64,000 nt of DNA from the human T2T-CHM13v2.0 reference genome, Homo sapiens. Numbering within the stretch: the first letter of the stretch is position 1; the number at the start of each line of letters is the position of its first letter. Position numbers and translations under genes: made by a program. This document shows positions 34,083-64,000 of the stretch, piece after piece. A model generated the notes under the pieces. That model searched no databases. It saw only the letters and a list, made by a program, of their open reading frames with translations, and was not told the origin of the DNA. The DNA is taken from NCBI RefSeq assembly GCF_009914755.1, contig NC_060925.1. The stretch is one strand, 5' to 3'.

Positions 34083-35819
34083 TAAATACAGACGGGGTCT
34101 TGATTTGTTGCCCAGGCTGATCTCAAACTCCTGGACTCAAGTGATCCTCCTGCCTTGGCCTCCCAAAGTGCTGGGATTACAAGCACTGGGATTACAGGCA
34201 TGAGCCATTGTGCCCAATTGTGGGATGAACACTTTAAAAAAAAATAATTGATCTCTCATCAGAAATCTAACATAAATTTCACACAGTTGATACCTACTAT
34301 GAGATACCTTTCTAACATAATTGGTGGAAACTCATGGGGGTTTCTTTTAATCTAGTCTGCATGCCCAGTGTCATCTATTTTTAGGGCTTCCTTTTTTCCC
34401 CCCCAGGGGTGGGGTTGATATTTTGTGATGTTTGATTTCCTGTCCTATTAAGTCACTTCCTCTCAGGCATGGTCAGTCAGCATTGGTGTCTGCTTCCTAT
34501 CTGTGCATTGGAAGAATCATATTCAGACAGAATGAGGTTTGGCAAAATTGATACTGACTTTACCAAATAAAATTCCAGTTCCAGGGATGTGTAGGTTTAA
34601 AAACAGCAATCGTGGTCACTTTGGGCTTTTGTTTTTAAAACAAGATGAGGTCTCCCTTTTAAAGAGGCTAAATACTTTTGTAGGAGCTTCAGTAACCCAA
34701 AAAATGTATTAAAAGTTGAACATGGCTGTCTTCATGAATGGAATGATTTTTGCCTATCCTTATTACTGATAATATATGCATACAGAGTTTGAATACATCT
34801 AAATTAGGCTGATGGGAATCACTTAGGGATCTAGTCTAGTTCCCTTCTTGTAAAGTGGGGAAATTGAGGCCCAGTAAGTTCAGGTGCCCTAATCCAAGTC
34901 TTTCAGCTTTTTAGGAACAGGCTTGTACAAGTTTGGAGATTTGACTCCCACTCAATTTGTTGCATGTTTCTTTTATTCCTCTAGGTTGTTTTCACTTTTT
35001 ATTTTTCATGTTTCTTTTCTTTTTGGGACTTCTGTATAGGCTTGCTGTTTGGGTATAGAAGGAACAGAGAAAATGTGCCATGGAAGAGGTTCAGAAGTCT
35101 TTACCTGAAGTGTGTTGGTTAGAAAGTCTGCTGCAGCAGATTTAGTGTCCCTTTGGGATCTGAAGATACCTTGCCTCAGCCAGTTAGTTGCTTATTCAGA
35201 AAGCTGAGAACCAGCTAGGAAGCTAATGGTGTTCACCTGTGAGGTATTCCAGAAAGCCAGGTTACTTTTATGCATTATGAGGAATTTAGGGTATACAAAC
35301 ACATCACCTGCAAGCCAGTTAGTGTTTTTTGTTGTTGTTTTTTTGTTATTATATTTCAAGAACAAGCTAATTCCCAAAAAAGTTTGGACCTGGCTCTTAA
35401 AGTGAGTCCACAAGCTAACCTGTGTTTAATAAACAAAGATTCCAGGGTCATTTTAAGCATTTGACAAGACTAAAATAGGAATCATTGTTTATAGACACCC
35501 AAAATAATATCTTAACTGTGCTGACTTTACTGTTTCCCATCAGCAAAGTGGTATTATGTGTGTATGTGCTTGTGTATGTTTGAGTAGTATTTGTTCTTTA
35601 TATTCTTTGATAGACCATGATATACTTTAACATTTTTAATTTTTCTGAAGGTGATGACCTTCATATATTTAGACAAAAGTTATAGTCCATTGAAAGAATG
35701 AGGGCTTGAACGATGTAAGTTATGTAATATTTAAGTCCTAAAGTGTACTGACTGAAGATTATAATAGACATAGCTGGATAGAATATATTTCATGTCTACA
35801 TTTCCCAGAAGTTTAGTTT

Positions 35820-36752
<933 letters not shown>

Positions 36753-37519
36753 CTAGTTTTCTTTTTAATGTGTTCTGCTACCTCCATATGGGGGCCCACC
36801 TCTTTATAACGTGGTCAGATTCTATTTGTATTATCACTCTTATCTTCTTGTCTCTCCCTTAGGGATCCCAAAGCTAGACCCCGCTGTTCAATAATTGACC
36901 AAAAGTTTTTCTCTACTTATAGTATTTTTTCTAAATTAGATTACAGTCTAGCACCTGCAGTGAAAATGGGCAATCGAAGGATAAGGAATGAAGGTAAATT
37001 CCAGTATAAAGGAAGAACTAAAGAAAAAAAAACATAGTAAATGTTTAACTTTAAAGTGGCATAACATTGTGACCTTGTGTTCCTTAGTTCAAAGAAAGAA
37101 GACTAAAATAACTACAGCAAATAGCAGTGCTAATTCACTTGGTTATCCTTTCTTCTTGGAAGTACTACCGTTTTGGTCTGTTTCCATAGTTTCAATTACA
37201 TAGAAAACTAAAGGGAAGACCTGCTCAATTGAAAATATCCAGATAAAATGAAATTTTCTTCTGTCTACCTAAGCTATATAGTTCTTACTTTCAAGGAAAT
37301 GCTAAAGTTGGATGCTTTTTACACTTCCTTTCATCAATTCACCACGCATGCATGTCTTTTTTGTGGAGACTTTAAAAATGTATACAAATAAAATTTTACT
37401 CTGAGACTGATGATGTTTATCAAGTATTAGAAACTGATATGGAAAGAACAAGCAAAATACACAGAATTCAGAGGAGGGGAGACGTTCGCTTAGGAATGAA
37501 GGCAAGCTGTTTAACTGGG

Positions 37520-38400
37520 TGTAGACTCAGGGAGGTAGGGACAAGGGCATTCCAGACATTGGGAGCAACAAGCAAGATCATGATTCAAAAAGTACATCTT
37601 GGGTTAAGGAGAGCAGTAAATGGTCAACTGCTTAGAGCATAAGGAGATGAGTTAAGGACAGGAAGGAGTGGTAAAAGAAAGAAGTATGGAGAAGTAGATT
37701 GGGTCAGATGTTGAAGGGCCTTGTTTGCTAGGCTAAGAAATTTGAACAGTCTCTGCTTGACGTTGGTGACCATTGAAAATCTGGGGTAGTAGAGTGATGT
37801 GGCATTATGAGAGCTGCACTTTTATATGATTTATTATACATCTTAGGTTCACAACCCTTATAGGATTATTAGGAGGTTTAAAATAGGTAGTAACATAAAG
37901 GGCTTAGAATTGTACGTGGCACACAGTAACTCCTAATGAACATTGGCTATCATCATCATCGTTTTTATTACATGGAGGCAATGAGGGTCTGAACAGAGAT
38001 AGTGGTAGTATGAAGAAAGGTCAGGAGATGGACACTGTTGGACACTGTTACTATAGAATTTAGCAGCTGATTAGAATTGAGGAACAGAGGAGAAAAAGTG
38101 CAAAATGATACTGAGATTTCTATCCAGTCTGGGTGACTGGAGGATAGAAACAGAAATTTAGGAAGAGCAAGTTTGGGGGGAAAAGAAGATAGATTTGATT
38201 TGGGGCACGTGGAATTTCAGTTCTGGGTAGCTTTCTGGTTGTAGATGTCCAGCCAGGCAGCTTGTACATGAAGGACTGAAGCTTTGGAGAAATATCAAAA
38301 TTGGTAATGTATATTTGGAATTTAGGATCATAGAGATTATAGCTGAACCTAGGGGACAAACAGGAGAGAATCAAGAAAGAGAATTGACAGAAGACTAGTG
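37520..38400 (+). mobile_element. L2 remnant
   Basis: Purine-rich degenerate sequence with L2-like motifs (gagcaagtttggggggaaa, gtagatgtccagccaggcag). Confidence 0.6.
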
Positions 38401-40053
38401 CTACATGTCAAACATGGAAGCCCAAAAATGTCTGACTCTAAAGTTGAGAAATCCAGAAATGAGCATGGTAGAGTCCTCTAGGTCAGTGCTCTCTAAGCTT
38501 TTTTTGGTTGCACACCCCTGTTTTCTGAGTGTGCATTTCCCATGTAAGAATTAATATTCTTTATTCCAAAAAGTTACTTGCTTGGTTTTTTAGTATTAGT
38601 TTACTAAAAATAGAGAATATCTGTAACTCCCCTTAATCCAGGCATGTACAACAAGGTAAAGGTTTCATTGTTAGCCTACATCTTCCTCGCAGTCCTTGGA
38701 GCACCGTATGTAATACATGGTCTTCTGACAAGTTCAACTAAATGAGGGCATCATTATCAGCTCATAGGTTAAATATTTGAAAAGCTAATATTAACACTTT
38801 CTGTGTGTGCCTTGATAAGTAAAAGACTAGAAATACTTCCTTAGAATCTGGTGACCTTCACTTGCTTTAAAGATGTACAAATATTTCCTTGAGATTAGTA
38901 CATATACCATATCTCCATTTGGTACAAAGACTAGGTTTTATTTTTTGAGTTGCTTTGGGCATAATCTTACTGATTTTAGCTTTGTAAAATCTCAAATGGC
39001 AGCATCCTGCATGAAGCTGACCAAAAATACATATGTAGGAATTTGGCAGCATTTGCTGAGCAAGTAATTTATAGCCCACATGATCATTGTAGCACCAATG
39101 AGCAGCACACACAATTAATTACCAGGAATGAGACTAGCCTCATCTGTAGGATTTAGCAGAATTTTTAATATAAGACACCTATATTTAGTTTCTAGGCTAT
39201 ATATGTTGTAATTATCCTCAATCTAAAATAAAGGCAATAAGAAACTTTTCACTAGAGAAATAGTGGTAAATTTCCAGCCATTTTACCTCATTATTTATAA
39301 TCTAAACTCCATGATTATTTTCCTCTTGGAAATTCATTGGCCAGATGCCCATGAAGCTCCCCTTGAAGGTGGTTAAGCAATGTAATAGAATGCAGTGTTT
39401 ATATGAATAGTACTTTATAGTTAGTGAAGTGATTTCATACTCATTCTCTTATTTGGTATCTACCTAATGTAAGTAGGACAGACGATTATCATCCCCCATT
39501 TTGAGGGTGAGAAAATAGAAGGCAGAGCCTAGTGACAAAGGCTTTTGCTCTTTATACTGCACTTTCTTACCATATATGAAAAACAGTCTATAGCTGTGTC
39601 CATCTTCGGGGACTAATTCTTCCTCCTACCTTCTCTTTTCCATACTTGCTTCTCCCCTGAAAGGCACAGAACTTTCCCAGAGTTCTCATCAACTCTCATA
39701 TTATAGACTGCTTAACAGGCTAATCGTAAAGGGAACAAACATACAGTCAAATTGAATTACCTTTAAAGTGTTTGTTAAAATAGGTGAACACGGTCACTTT
39801 TTGGAACAAAGCATGGTACAAGTAGATAACAATTGAGCACTACCAGTATTTTGGAAATTGTCTTTAATGAATCCTAAATTCACTAAGGTCAGGTAAGTAG
39901 TTGAAGGATTTTTTCCAAATAGATATGTGGTTAGAATTGTATTAGGTATTCTATGGTATTCCTTAGCTATGCAGATACATACTTTGTGGTATGTATTGAG
40001 GCAGCTCCCACATTTGGGTTCTCATCTTGAAACATAGAGATCGATATTTTTAG

Positions 40054-45694
<5,641 letters not shown>

Positions 45695-47011
45695 TTAGAA
45701 TACTTCACTAAATACTTGATCCTTTTTCTTCATCATACAAAATACTGATAGTGTTTTATTGCTGTTATATATGCAGAGATGGTTTAAGTTTGAGCATTGA
45801 AAGGATGAGTAAGAATGTGTGTGAAGTAAGATGTTACATATCGTTTTCTATTCCACAGAAAAAAGTTTTCAAATGTTCTGTTCATGCCTTCCCGTCACTT
45901 TCATTGTTTATACCAGTTGCTGTGCCTTCATTTTTCTCTAGTTGTGCTACAACTATATTATGATCTGGCCCCTGTTTCAAAGATTATATTGTACTAGATA
46001 CCAAATAGAAATTTTTGTTTTTGAAGGAAAAGTGGCTCTTCTGCCAGTTTGAAAATGTGTCCTTGTGTACAGATCTTTAAGGAGAGCAGTGTGCAGCCAC
46101 TTCTAAGCCTAAGTCTTTTAGGAAGCATGGTTTTCCAGTAGGCACTTTGAAAAGCGGCTTCCTCTTAACACAGATATACCTTCAAACGTCAAACTTGGCA
46201 TTAATCAGAGTTGGGGAAGTAGAGCTATGTTATTCATTCTTGTATTATAGTAGTGAAGACTATTCAGTAGCCTGCCAGTAAATATGACCAGCTGGTACCC
46301 AGCTATGTAAGGGTTTAGAATGTAAGTAATAAGGTTTCAGGCACTAAACGTAGTGCCTGAACTTAGTTTCCTGCATGACTATATAAAAACCTTAGATGAG
46401 TTTAAATAGAGACTATTGAACCTTCTCTTCTCTCTAGTCACTTTGCCTTCCCTTGTATTCATTCATTTATTGCATCTTCAAGTAGTGAAGTGTAGGACTT
46501 CCCCACCAAACCACCAGAGACCCCTTTGGAATGTGTTCAGTATACATCATTGCTGGAGTGGCTTAGTAGAGTGACTGGCCCAGGGCCACCAGCTAGTAGG
46601 CAGCAAGCGTCCAGTACACAGACGTAGGTCTTTTAATTTCCAGACCAGTGCTGTTTTTCTTCTTGTGAAATTGTCAATTTTAGATTGGTTTTATTTTGGA
46701 GAGTATAAGCCTTCTTAAGAAATGCTTTTTAGCTGTTGTGATCGATAATAGCATAAGTCCTAAGGTCCATCTGTGTAAACATAAAAACCAAATAGTCTGT
46801 TAGTAAATAAATCCTACCCCCCTTTCCCTCATCCATCCATTTATTTTTATTAATATTCTTCCTTTCTCTGTATCTCCCATCATCATTTAAAATATAACAT
46901 CTTACAAACCTTAGCTCATTTAAATGAAGAAACCTAGAACTAACCTCAGTAAATACCTGAGCAGTACTGGTACATAAAATGCTTGTGATAGTGCTGCCAC
47001 TAGGGCAAAAT

Positions 47012-51744
<4,733 letters not shown>

Positions 51745-52065
51745 TAAAAAGGATGTCACCTCATGACAGAGGAAGATATGATCAAAATGCAAGTCACAAA
51801 AGTGAGTGAAGAAGGTAAGTGCCTTGATCATAGAGAGATACTTGTTGACATGTTAAGTTGGAGATGCACAGGAATGGTTGGGAACTCAACCCAAAAAGCC
51901 TAAGGGCTGCAAGTCGGTTTGGGGAACATTAAAGGGGAATGATAATACCAACATTATATTTGTTTCTTAGTCAGTACTGAGCTAAGATATATTTGTTTGC
52001 ATTTGACAGTGAGAGCATTATTTTTAGGTAAAACATGTCTTCCCAGGATGGTTCAACTAGTAGTA

Positions 52066-53235
<1,170 letters not shown>

Positions 53236-54299
53236 TTTGCTTTAATTGGAAGCAGCATTGGTCAAGAATTGGGTTTCATTTTAGCGGAGCTTCCTGTGGT
53301 CTTTTTCCCTTGGACAGTTGTTGTGATGTTAGGTTTTTAAGTATTATCTCCCAACAACATCTATTTAGTTTTAGTTACCTCAAAGAGCTGTATTGTGGGT
53401 TTAGGCTACTATAAAAGAGTTTGGTATAGAGAATGAAGTACATGCCAAGGAATAGAGAGCTGAACTGAAGTCTAAAGGTCCTGAGTTTCAGAAACCAGGT
53501 CATATTGCAATAAAACCTTAGATTTCTTTTTATTTATGAGGTTGATAATTTTGATACATCCTGTTGTTCCATGCCCAGGCATATCACTAAGAGAAGATTT
53601 GGCAGGCATGGTACCTGGTTGAGAGCAAGAGCTTGAAAGATTTCCAAACAATTTTAAAAGGAACACTCTGATTTTGGGATGTTTTGAAAACTTCTGAAGT
53701 TTCATTTTTTTCTTTAAGAATGATAAAGAGTAACTGGATATAAGAGTAACAGCTAGATTGCCCACTCATCAGTGGTCTGATCAAATCATCTCACTTCTGC
53801 ATGATTTTCCCCTTCTTGCTAATGGATGGCCAGGCAGAGGTATTTATCTTCCTCCTACTTACCCATTGTCATTAATATTTCAGACTTTGCTAATCTATCC
53901 TGGTCACTTTTCTGAAGAGGTTCTGACTTTGAAAAGATTTACACTTGAGAATGGTATGCATCCACATTTCCAGCCTTCAAGTCTGCCTTTCAGCTTCCAG
54001 CACTGTCTTAGATGTTTGTGTGTGTGTGTCCTTTCTGTCATCCCCTTTTATTTTAAATCCATTTCAGTAAATCAGTTTCAGGTAGATTTCTGATTGCAGT
54101 CTTGCTTTAAAGTCCTGGAGCTCATTTAGTCTAAGCTTCTGGAATAGCTTGTGTAACCATTTCCTTTGGTTAGGCAATTCCAATAAGTATGTCAGGGCCA
54201 AGCTTTCCAAGATTCGCCCCCCCCCCCTTTTTTTTTTTTTCCTGAAAGGCCATACCCAGCATCAGTCTTGCACCTCCTCTTAGGGGTAATTAGTTATCA

Positions 54300-55869
<1,570 letters not shown>

Positions 55870-57887
55870 TGCTTTATATATATAATATTAATTGTTGGGT
55901 GTTTTTAAAGCTCCATGCAAAGAATGGATCTGCTTTAGGAAAAGCCTTTTGAATAAAAGTACTCACTTTTTCCAGGAATTTACATTAACAATTTATGTTC
56001 TTCTAAGAGACATTACTAATAATATCTGCAAAGATGTTAGAAAACATGCTTCAAACCTTTTTCTCTTTTTTCCTGGTGAGAAGAACTTGTGTCCTTCAAA
56101 AGAAGATTACCTTTGTCTTTCGAAGTCAGGAATTTATAAAAAGAGTTTGCTGGATGGAAAAATCATAAAGGCCATAACTCTAAAACCTAATGTAAAGAAG
56201 AACAGTTAGAGCTGTCCAAAGATGGGAAAGAATGTCTTACCAGTAAGCCAGTTTCCCAGAACTGGAGTGGGGGGGCCCTCAAATGTAAGCTGGTTGAACA
56301 CTTAAGGTAGAATCACCCGGGGTTGGGCAGAGGTTGAAGAAAAGCTGCGAGCGTCTTATGAAGGGGTGGGCCTGAGTGTCTCCTTATGTCTTTTTTTTTT
56401 TTTTTCAGTCCTGAACTTCTATGATGCAGTAAAATGTAAAGGATATTATTGACTTGTATTTTTCGCTTTACCTATTTGGGATTTCCTAATGTAGATGGGC
56501 TTCTCAATTTTAAAACTTAACCTTTAATACATTTTCAGTTCCAAAAAAATTTGATAACTTCTGTTTTGTACCTAACTTCCACTACTACAGTATGTGGCTC
56601 TGAGCCAGCCAAAGATTCATGATCTGTTGACTACACAGATGTTTGCGGGCTGATCATGCCTGCACATCTGTAGTTGGGACAGTTCAAAATTTAAAAGCAG
56701 ACTGCACAGATGGTTCTAGACGTGCTTTTTGAATTGTGTACCTTTGTAATGTTTTGGGGGGATATCAGAGGACAGCCAGAATTTGTTACCAGACTTTTAA
56801 ATCGTACAGGTCTTTGTACTCCAACTAAACCTACCCATCCATTAGCAAGTGTACAGAGATATCGTCCTGGCAATTGTGCATCTTTCTCCTTTGACCTTAG
56901 CAGTTTGCATGGCAGATTGTGCCAAGATGAGGCCTGTCCAGGGACCCATGCAATAAAAGGTTAGATTCTTTTAAAGCTTTTTGATAATTATTATTATTTC
57001 CAGAAAGATATTTTTGTTTGCCCCATTTAAAAAAGGTTAAATTGAGTCACTGTCTTCATTTTCATGAGTACCTTGTAGAAAACTATTAATAATGATAAAT
57101 AACTAAACTTCTCTAGATTACCTTAATTTTTTTGTTGTTGTTCTCAGTACATCTAAGAGAGTAGCATATAGGCCATGTGTATGTGGTGATAAATGAAAAT
57201 GCAGGGGTCTTACTTGGTTATTTAGGACTTAAGATTTTATCTAGTCATTTTCAACTGTGATTGAACACTTCCCTTTAACTCCCTTCAGAAACTCCAAGAT
57301 CATATTGTATCCCAGGTACTAGAATTTCTGTTCAGCTGTTTATAGGCCTCCACCACAAGAAATTGGCTCCAAACCTATTCCCATTACATCATCACCCACT
57401 AATGTCATTACACCAGAATGAAATCTGCTTTGAGGCTTGTATTGTTGTTTTCCTTCCATTTCTTTCCCCTCATCATTTCCTTTAGAAGGAAAAGGGAAGG
57501 AAAAAAAAAGAAAAAAATCAGAGACCTGTAAACATTTAAGAGTGAATTGGACATCCCCACAGGCTAAACCTAGAGTTGTCAGCTTTCATTCCATTCTGCT
57601 GTGATAGAGTGTTCTGCCCAGTATGTATCCACATGGAGCCTGGAAAGTAACAAGTCTGGTCATGTGACAACTGGCTTTGGTGCTTTGCTTTCAGCCCCTC
57701 AGAATTAGTTCCTAATGGCTCACATAGCTCCCTGCCAGCATCCCGTCACTGGCACGTTAAACCTTTTCAAATAATTCCTCAGAATAGAGATTCTTAGGAG
57801 AGCACTAAATTTCTCCATTCTTTGTGTTTAATTAAACTGTTCTTGCATTTTAATATTTGCCAGATAAGCGCTTAAGACATTACAATA

Positions 57888-58774
<887 letters not shown>

Positions 58775-59078
58775 TGATCCACCTGCCTCGGCTTCCCAGA
58801 GTGTTTGGATTACAGGCATGAGCCACCGCACCTGGCCTCTCCTTCGTTTTTTTAACTGTCTTTAAGGCTTCCAGTTGCCAGTGTGCTGTGTTAGGCTTGT
58901 GTTTAATAACATGGTTAAGGTTAGGAAAGAACTGGGCGAACTGGCAAGTAGTTTCATTTCAGGGGCTTCATGTTACCTACACAGTTAATGGCCTCATGTC
59001 CTTTGAGACAGATTTGTCTGAGATTAGAAGGAATAATCATCATCAGGAGCCCCAGAGAAACAGGATCACAGTGTCTAA

Positions 59079-59410
<332 letters not shown>

Positions 59411-60052
59411 CTCTCTCTTTTTTTAAGAGACAGACGCTTGCTATGTTGCCCAGGCTGTCTTGAACTCTTGGGCCCAAGTGATCCTCCTGGCTCACCTTCC
59501 TGAGTAGCTGGAACCACAGGCATGCACCTTTGTGCCCAGCTTGGCTTTTATCTTTTAAGACTGGGTTTACATTTCTGTACAGTACTAATCACTGGGGACT
59601 TTTAATATAAGAATTTGCTGAAGGCTGTGGCATGGAGGATGAGAAGCCACAGAGAACTTGAAAAAGCTTTGGAAAGAATGGCATTGAAAATTATGGGCTA
59701 GACTAGGGCAACAAAGTACTTTCCTCACCCCACACCCATATAAGAAGTTAAAAGTCCTTGATTAACATTAGGATTTCAGCTTACATTTCTAGCAACTTTT
59801 GATATTCTAGTTGGAGGTCTTCAGTAGTCTCTATGGTATAAGCTAGATAGAAGGAAAAACTTTCCTACCAATGTTTTTAAGATGTAAGTCTGTGTTAAAA
59901 TCTTTTTAGCGTAATTATATACCTTATCAAACTGAAAGATTGAATAGATTCATAAAAACATCCACAAATATACAAATGCCTAATCTGGACAGAAAGTCTG
60001 ACTTTATTGTTTCTAATGTGTCTTATGTATGTGTTTATTTTCAGTTGTCGAG

Positions 60053-60157
60053 ATGTCCACAGAAGGAGGATTTGGTGGTACTAGCAGCAGTGATGCCCAG
60101 CAAAGCCTACAGTCGTTCTGGCCTCGGGTCATGGAAGAAATCCGGAATTTAACAGTG
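60053..60157 (+). CDS. NFYC: NF-Y subunit C, first coding exon (35 codons, [35 protein letters not shown]); CDS continues beyond the window
   Basis: Translation matches the recalled N-terminus of human NF-YC. Acceptor tttattttcag ends at 60044 with a branch-like CTAAT at 60013-60017. There are 8 nt of UTR (60045-60052), then GAGATGT start context, and a phase-0 donor GTG|GTGAGG after 60157. Confidence 0.97.
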
Positions 60158-60611
60158 GTGAGGAAGAATGAGAAACTTTTATTAGAAACTTTTAAAGAGT
60201 ATAAAGAGCTCTGGGAAATTAACCAAAACTCAGACTAAAGCATTTTTAATTTCAAGCACATTTACAGAGGCATGGTTCACCCCTGACCTGTGGGTAGGAA
60301 AATGAAAACATAATTTGCCTTCCGTGAGGTAACTGCAAGAGTCTTTTATATCTCAGTGTTCTTCCATAGGCGTGTGGTGTGCAGTGGATACTTTGACTTG
60401 GAGGTAGTTTAATGTGAGGCATATCCTTTAGGACTTACAGAAAAACAGAGATCTCATCTTCCTTCAGTAGCTGTAGCTCAATTTTTTAGGCCTGATTTAG
60501 TGGCCCTACGACATTTCTAGAACTTGGTAAAAACTATTGGGCAATTTATTCAACAACAAATCTATTGTGAGTCAGGAACTCTTTCTAGGTGTTAAAAAGA
60601 TATACTTTGAT

Positions 60612-60828
60612 CGCAGTTTCTCAACAGCTGCATTATTGACATTTTGGGCCAGATAATTCTTTGTTGTGAGGGGCCGTCTTATGCATAACAGCATGTTTAG
60701 CAGCACCCCTAGCCTCTACTCACTAGATGCCAGTAGCACCCCTCCCCGAGTTGTGACAACCAGAAAATGTCTCCAGACATTGGCAAATGTCCCCATGGGC
60801 AAAAATCATCCCTTGTTGAGAACTACTG
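60612..60828. mobile_element. MER20 (hAT-Charlie)
   Basis: tgacattttgggccagataattctttgttg...ctagatgccagtagcaccc...gttgagaactactg. Confidence 0.88.
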
Positions 60829-62360
60829 ACTCAGAATAATTAAATATAACCTCGGCCTGTGAGGAGCTTACAATCTAGTAATTACAACCAGAATAATTTA
60901 GTCAGTAGGTATTTACTAAGTACTTACTGAATCAGGCACAGTGATGAGTCCTGAAGCAGTAAAAGTCAAGGAGCACAGAGGACATAGTGCTTGATTCTTT
61001 CTGGTTGAGTTTAAGTAAAGGGAACATTTTTGTTGAGTCTTAAAATATGAGTAAGCATTCACCAGATGTGAAGGATGGGAGGGCAAAGACAAGGGCATGC
61101 ATAAAGGCATGGAGGCCCAGAGAGGACCTTGTAGTTAGGGGAACATCAAGACATTCAGAGTGCCTGGAGGTTACTGTGTGTTTAGTGGAGGTTGAGGGAA
61201 GGAGTAAGTATGTGGTATGAGAGTGGTAGTGGAAGGTGAGACAGGTTAGAGTTGGAATATTTTCATAATACAGTTGTCATGTCCTTAATGAAGAATGTTC
61301 ATTAAGGTGTCATTTTAGCACATACTAAAGGAGCTCCCCATGTTGGCTGTGTCATTCCTGCCCTGGAAATACTAGCATCCTGGCAGAGCAGACACTGGAT
61401 TCCTTCCTGATGTAGAATTAATGTTGCAATTGCTTAAGGTTAGTGACCTTTAACTTCTGACGTTACAATGTCAGTTTATTCATTCACTCAACAAATACTT
61501 ATTATGTACCAACTAAGGCTATGCTAGATACTGTGGATACAGTAATGAACCAGACAGACAGGATCATTGCGCTCATGGAACATATATTCTGATGAGACAG
61601 GCTAATAAACAAGTAATTAATGAAATGAAATAACTTATTATGATAAATGCCCACTGACTTCAGGGATAAAAAGTAATTCATGTTTTGGATATACCTCTGG
61701 GTCATGTTTGTTTATATGAAGAGTTTTCAGCAGTTGAACTTGGCTTAGCCTTTCTCAGACTGGCCTGGGTTCAGAGTGGATTTCCACTGAAAAGTCATTG
61801 TTCCTCTTCTGCAGTCTAAGGTAGTAGTTATCTAAACTGTCTCAGATATGAAAGAGAAGGGAGGAATAAATGAAATGATAAAGTCAAAAGGATGGGGTGT
61901 TTTGTTCATATTTTAGGGGGTTAATCTCATGATTAAGCTTATCAGCTTTTGGTGCTGGGGTCAGCTTGGTGTAAAATGAATGCTGTCCTGGGGTGTGGTG
62001 GGACTAGGCCAGTCGAGCAAGTCTGTGCCGCAGCTTGAGCCGAGAGGCATAAATCCAGGATCAGGCAAGTGGCCAGATAAACTCTGGAGGTTTAAGCTCA
62101 GCACTTAACTTTTCTGTTTTGTTGGACTTTGATTTTTTTTTTTTTTTAGTTGTAGTAAAAAAACACATAAAATTTCGCCCCTTATCCATTTTTAAATGTA
62201 CAGTTCAGAAGTGTTAAGTATAATCACATTGTTATGGAACTTACCTTGAGAATTTTTTCATATTGCAGTACTGAAACTGTGCACTCAATAAACAGCCACC
62301 ATTCTGCTTTCTATGAATTTGACTATTTTTGATACCTCATAGAAGTGGGATCATATCGTA

Positions 62361-62724
62361 CAGTCCCCTACTTACAATGATTCAACTTAATGTTTTTTTT
62401 CCACTTTACAGTGGTTAGAAAACGATGTGCATTCAGTAGCAGTTGTACTTTGAGTACCCATTCAACCATTCTGTTTTTCGCTTTCAATCTAGTATTCAAT
62501 AAATTATGAGATACTCAACACTTTACTATAAAATAGGGTTTGTGTTATATTATTTTGCCCAACTTTAGGCTAATGTAAGTGTTCTGAGCACATTTAAGGT
62601 GGGCGAGGCTTAACTATGATGTTTGATAGGCTAGGTGTAGTAAATGCATTTTCAACTTAGGATCTTTTCAACTTAACAATAGCTTTATCAGGATGTAACC
62701 CCATTGTAAGTAGAACAACATCTG
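62361..62724. mobile_element. MER47A-like Tigger MITE inside an antisense L1M fragment (~62135-63590) that also carries two Alus (62795-63111, 63115-63419)
   Basis: TA-flanked cagtcccctacttacaatg...cattgtaagt...atctg; L1 motif tggacatttgggttggtttcacctcttggctattgtgaatagtgctgct. Confidence 0.75.
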
Positions 62725-62779
62725 TATTTGTCTTTTTGTCTTATCTTATTTCACTTAGCATGTCTGTTGAAGCATGTGA

Positions 62780-62935
<156 letters not shown>

Positions 62936-62978
62936 TGAGTAGCTGAGACTACAGGTGCACGCCACCACACCCAGCTAA

Positions 62979-63128
<150 letters not shown>

Positions 63129-64000
63129 TAAAGAGACAGGGTCTCACTCTGTTCATTGCTGGAGTGCAGTGGCAGGATTATAGCTCACTGTAGCCTTGAA
63201 CTCTTGGGCTCAAGGGACCCTTCCTACTCAGTCCCCCAAGTAGCTAGGACTCTAGTTGTGCACCACCACACCTGGCTAATTAAAAAAAAAAAATCTTATG
63301 TAGAGATGGAGGTCTCACTATGTTGCCTAGGCTGGTCTCAAATTCCTGGCCTCAAGCAATCCTCTTGCCTTGGCCCTCCAAAGCACTGGGATTACAGACA
63401 TGAGCCATCATGTCTGGCCTATCCTTTTTTTTTTTTTAAGGCAGAATCATACCCTGTTGTATGTATATACCACATTTTGTTTATCCGTTCATCTGTTAAT
63501 GGACATTTGGGTTGGTTTCACCTCTTGGCTATTGTGAATAGTGCTGCTGTGTTACATGAGTGTGCAAATACCTCTTCAAGACCCTGGGCTTTGATTTGTA
63601 ACCTACTTGGTTTACAAGTTTGATTGCCAACAAAGCTGATCATGATGTTGACCAAATTTTAGTACCTAGACTTAGTCTATCAGAAGTTAAAAGAGAATTA
63701 CTTTGAGGGATTCAGTTTTGGTTCAAGTTTTGTGGGTGAAGAGAAAGAAAAGTAAAGAGGAAGTTGTCTTTAATCCTTCTTGTATTGGTGACTAATTAAA
63801 ATTCTCCTCCTATGTACTTTTGAAAGGGACTCCTAGACCTCTGCCATGCTATGTCTTTTATATCAGGTGCTTAGAACAATGTCTGGCATGTAGTAGGTGC
63901 ACAATAAATATTTGAACAAATTAGACTCCACTTCAGGTTTAGTGCAAAGCAACATCAATTCCATATTTGAGTAAGAATGCAATCCAGTAAAGTCAGGGTA

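Noticed and set aside
60029-60238. 69-aa ORF containing the NF-YC N-terminus
   Set aside because: It reads through both splice sites; only 60053-60157 is coding.

Overview
Primate (very likely human) genomic DNA containing the 5' end of NFYC, the gene for nuclear transcription factor Y subunit C, on the + strand. The window holds ~12.6 kb of repeat-rich upstream DNA, a CpG-island promoter (~12.65-13.5 kb) with non-coding exon 1 (donor after 13061) overlapped by an antisense unit (NFYC-AS1), and a ~47 kb first intron containing a second, CpG-poor, CCAAT-rich promoter/first exon (~30.1-30.8 kb). The first coding exon is 60045-60157 (MSTEGGFGG...RNLTV). The rest is mostly interspersed repeat: roughly 55-60 Alus by eye, MIR/L2/L1 remnants, MaLR/ERVL LTRs and Tigger/hAT DNA-transposon fossils. 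Almost all ORFs in the track are Alu-derived or GC-rich chance ORFs. I see no wholly new gene system. The best leads are: (i) an Alu-Alu-mediated micro-inversion inside a Tigger1 fossil, (ii) a CCAAT-based autoregulatory layout in which NF-Y sites drive both the antisense RNA and a uORF-laden alternative first exon, (iii) two long unexplained hairpins, (iv) an AluYa5-type young insertion near exon 2, and (v) a nuclear-receptor site cluster. Repeat subfamily names come from recalled consensus sequences and repeat boundaries are approximate.
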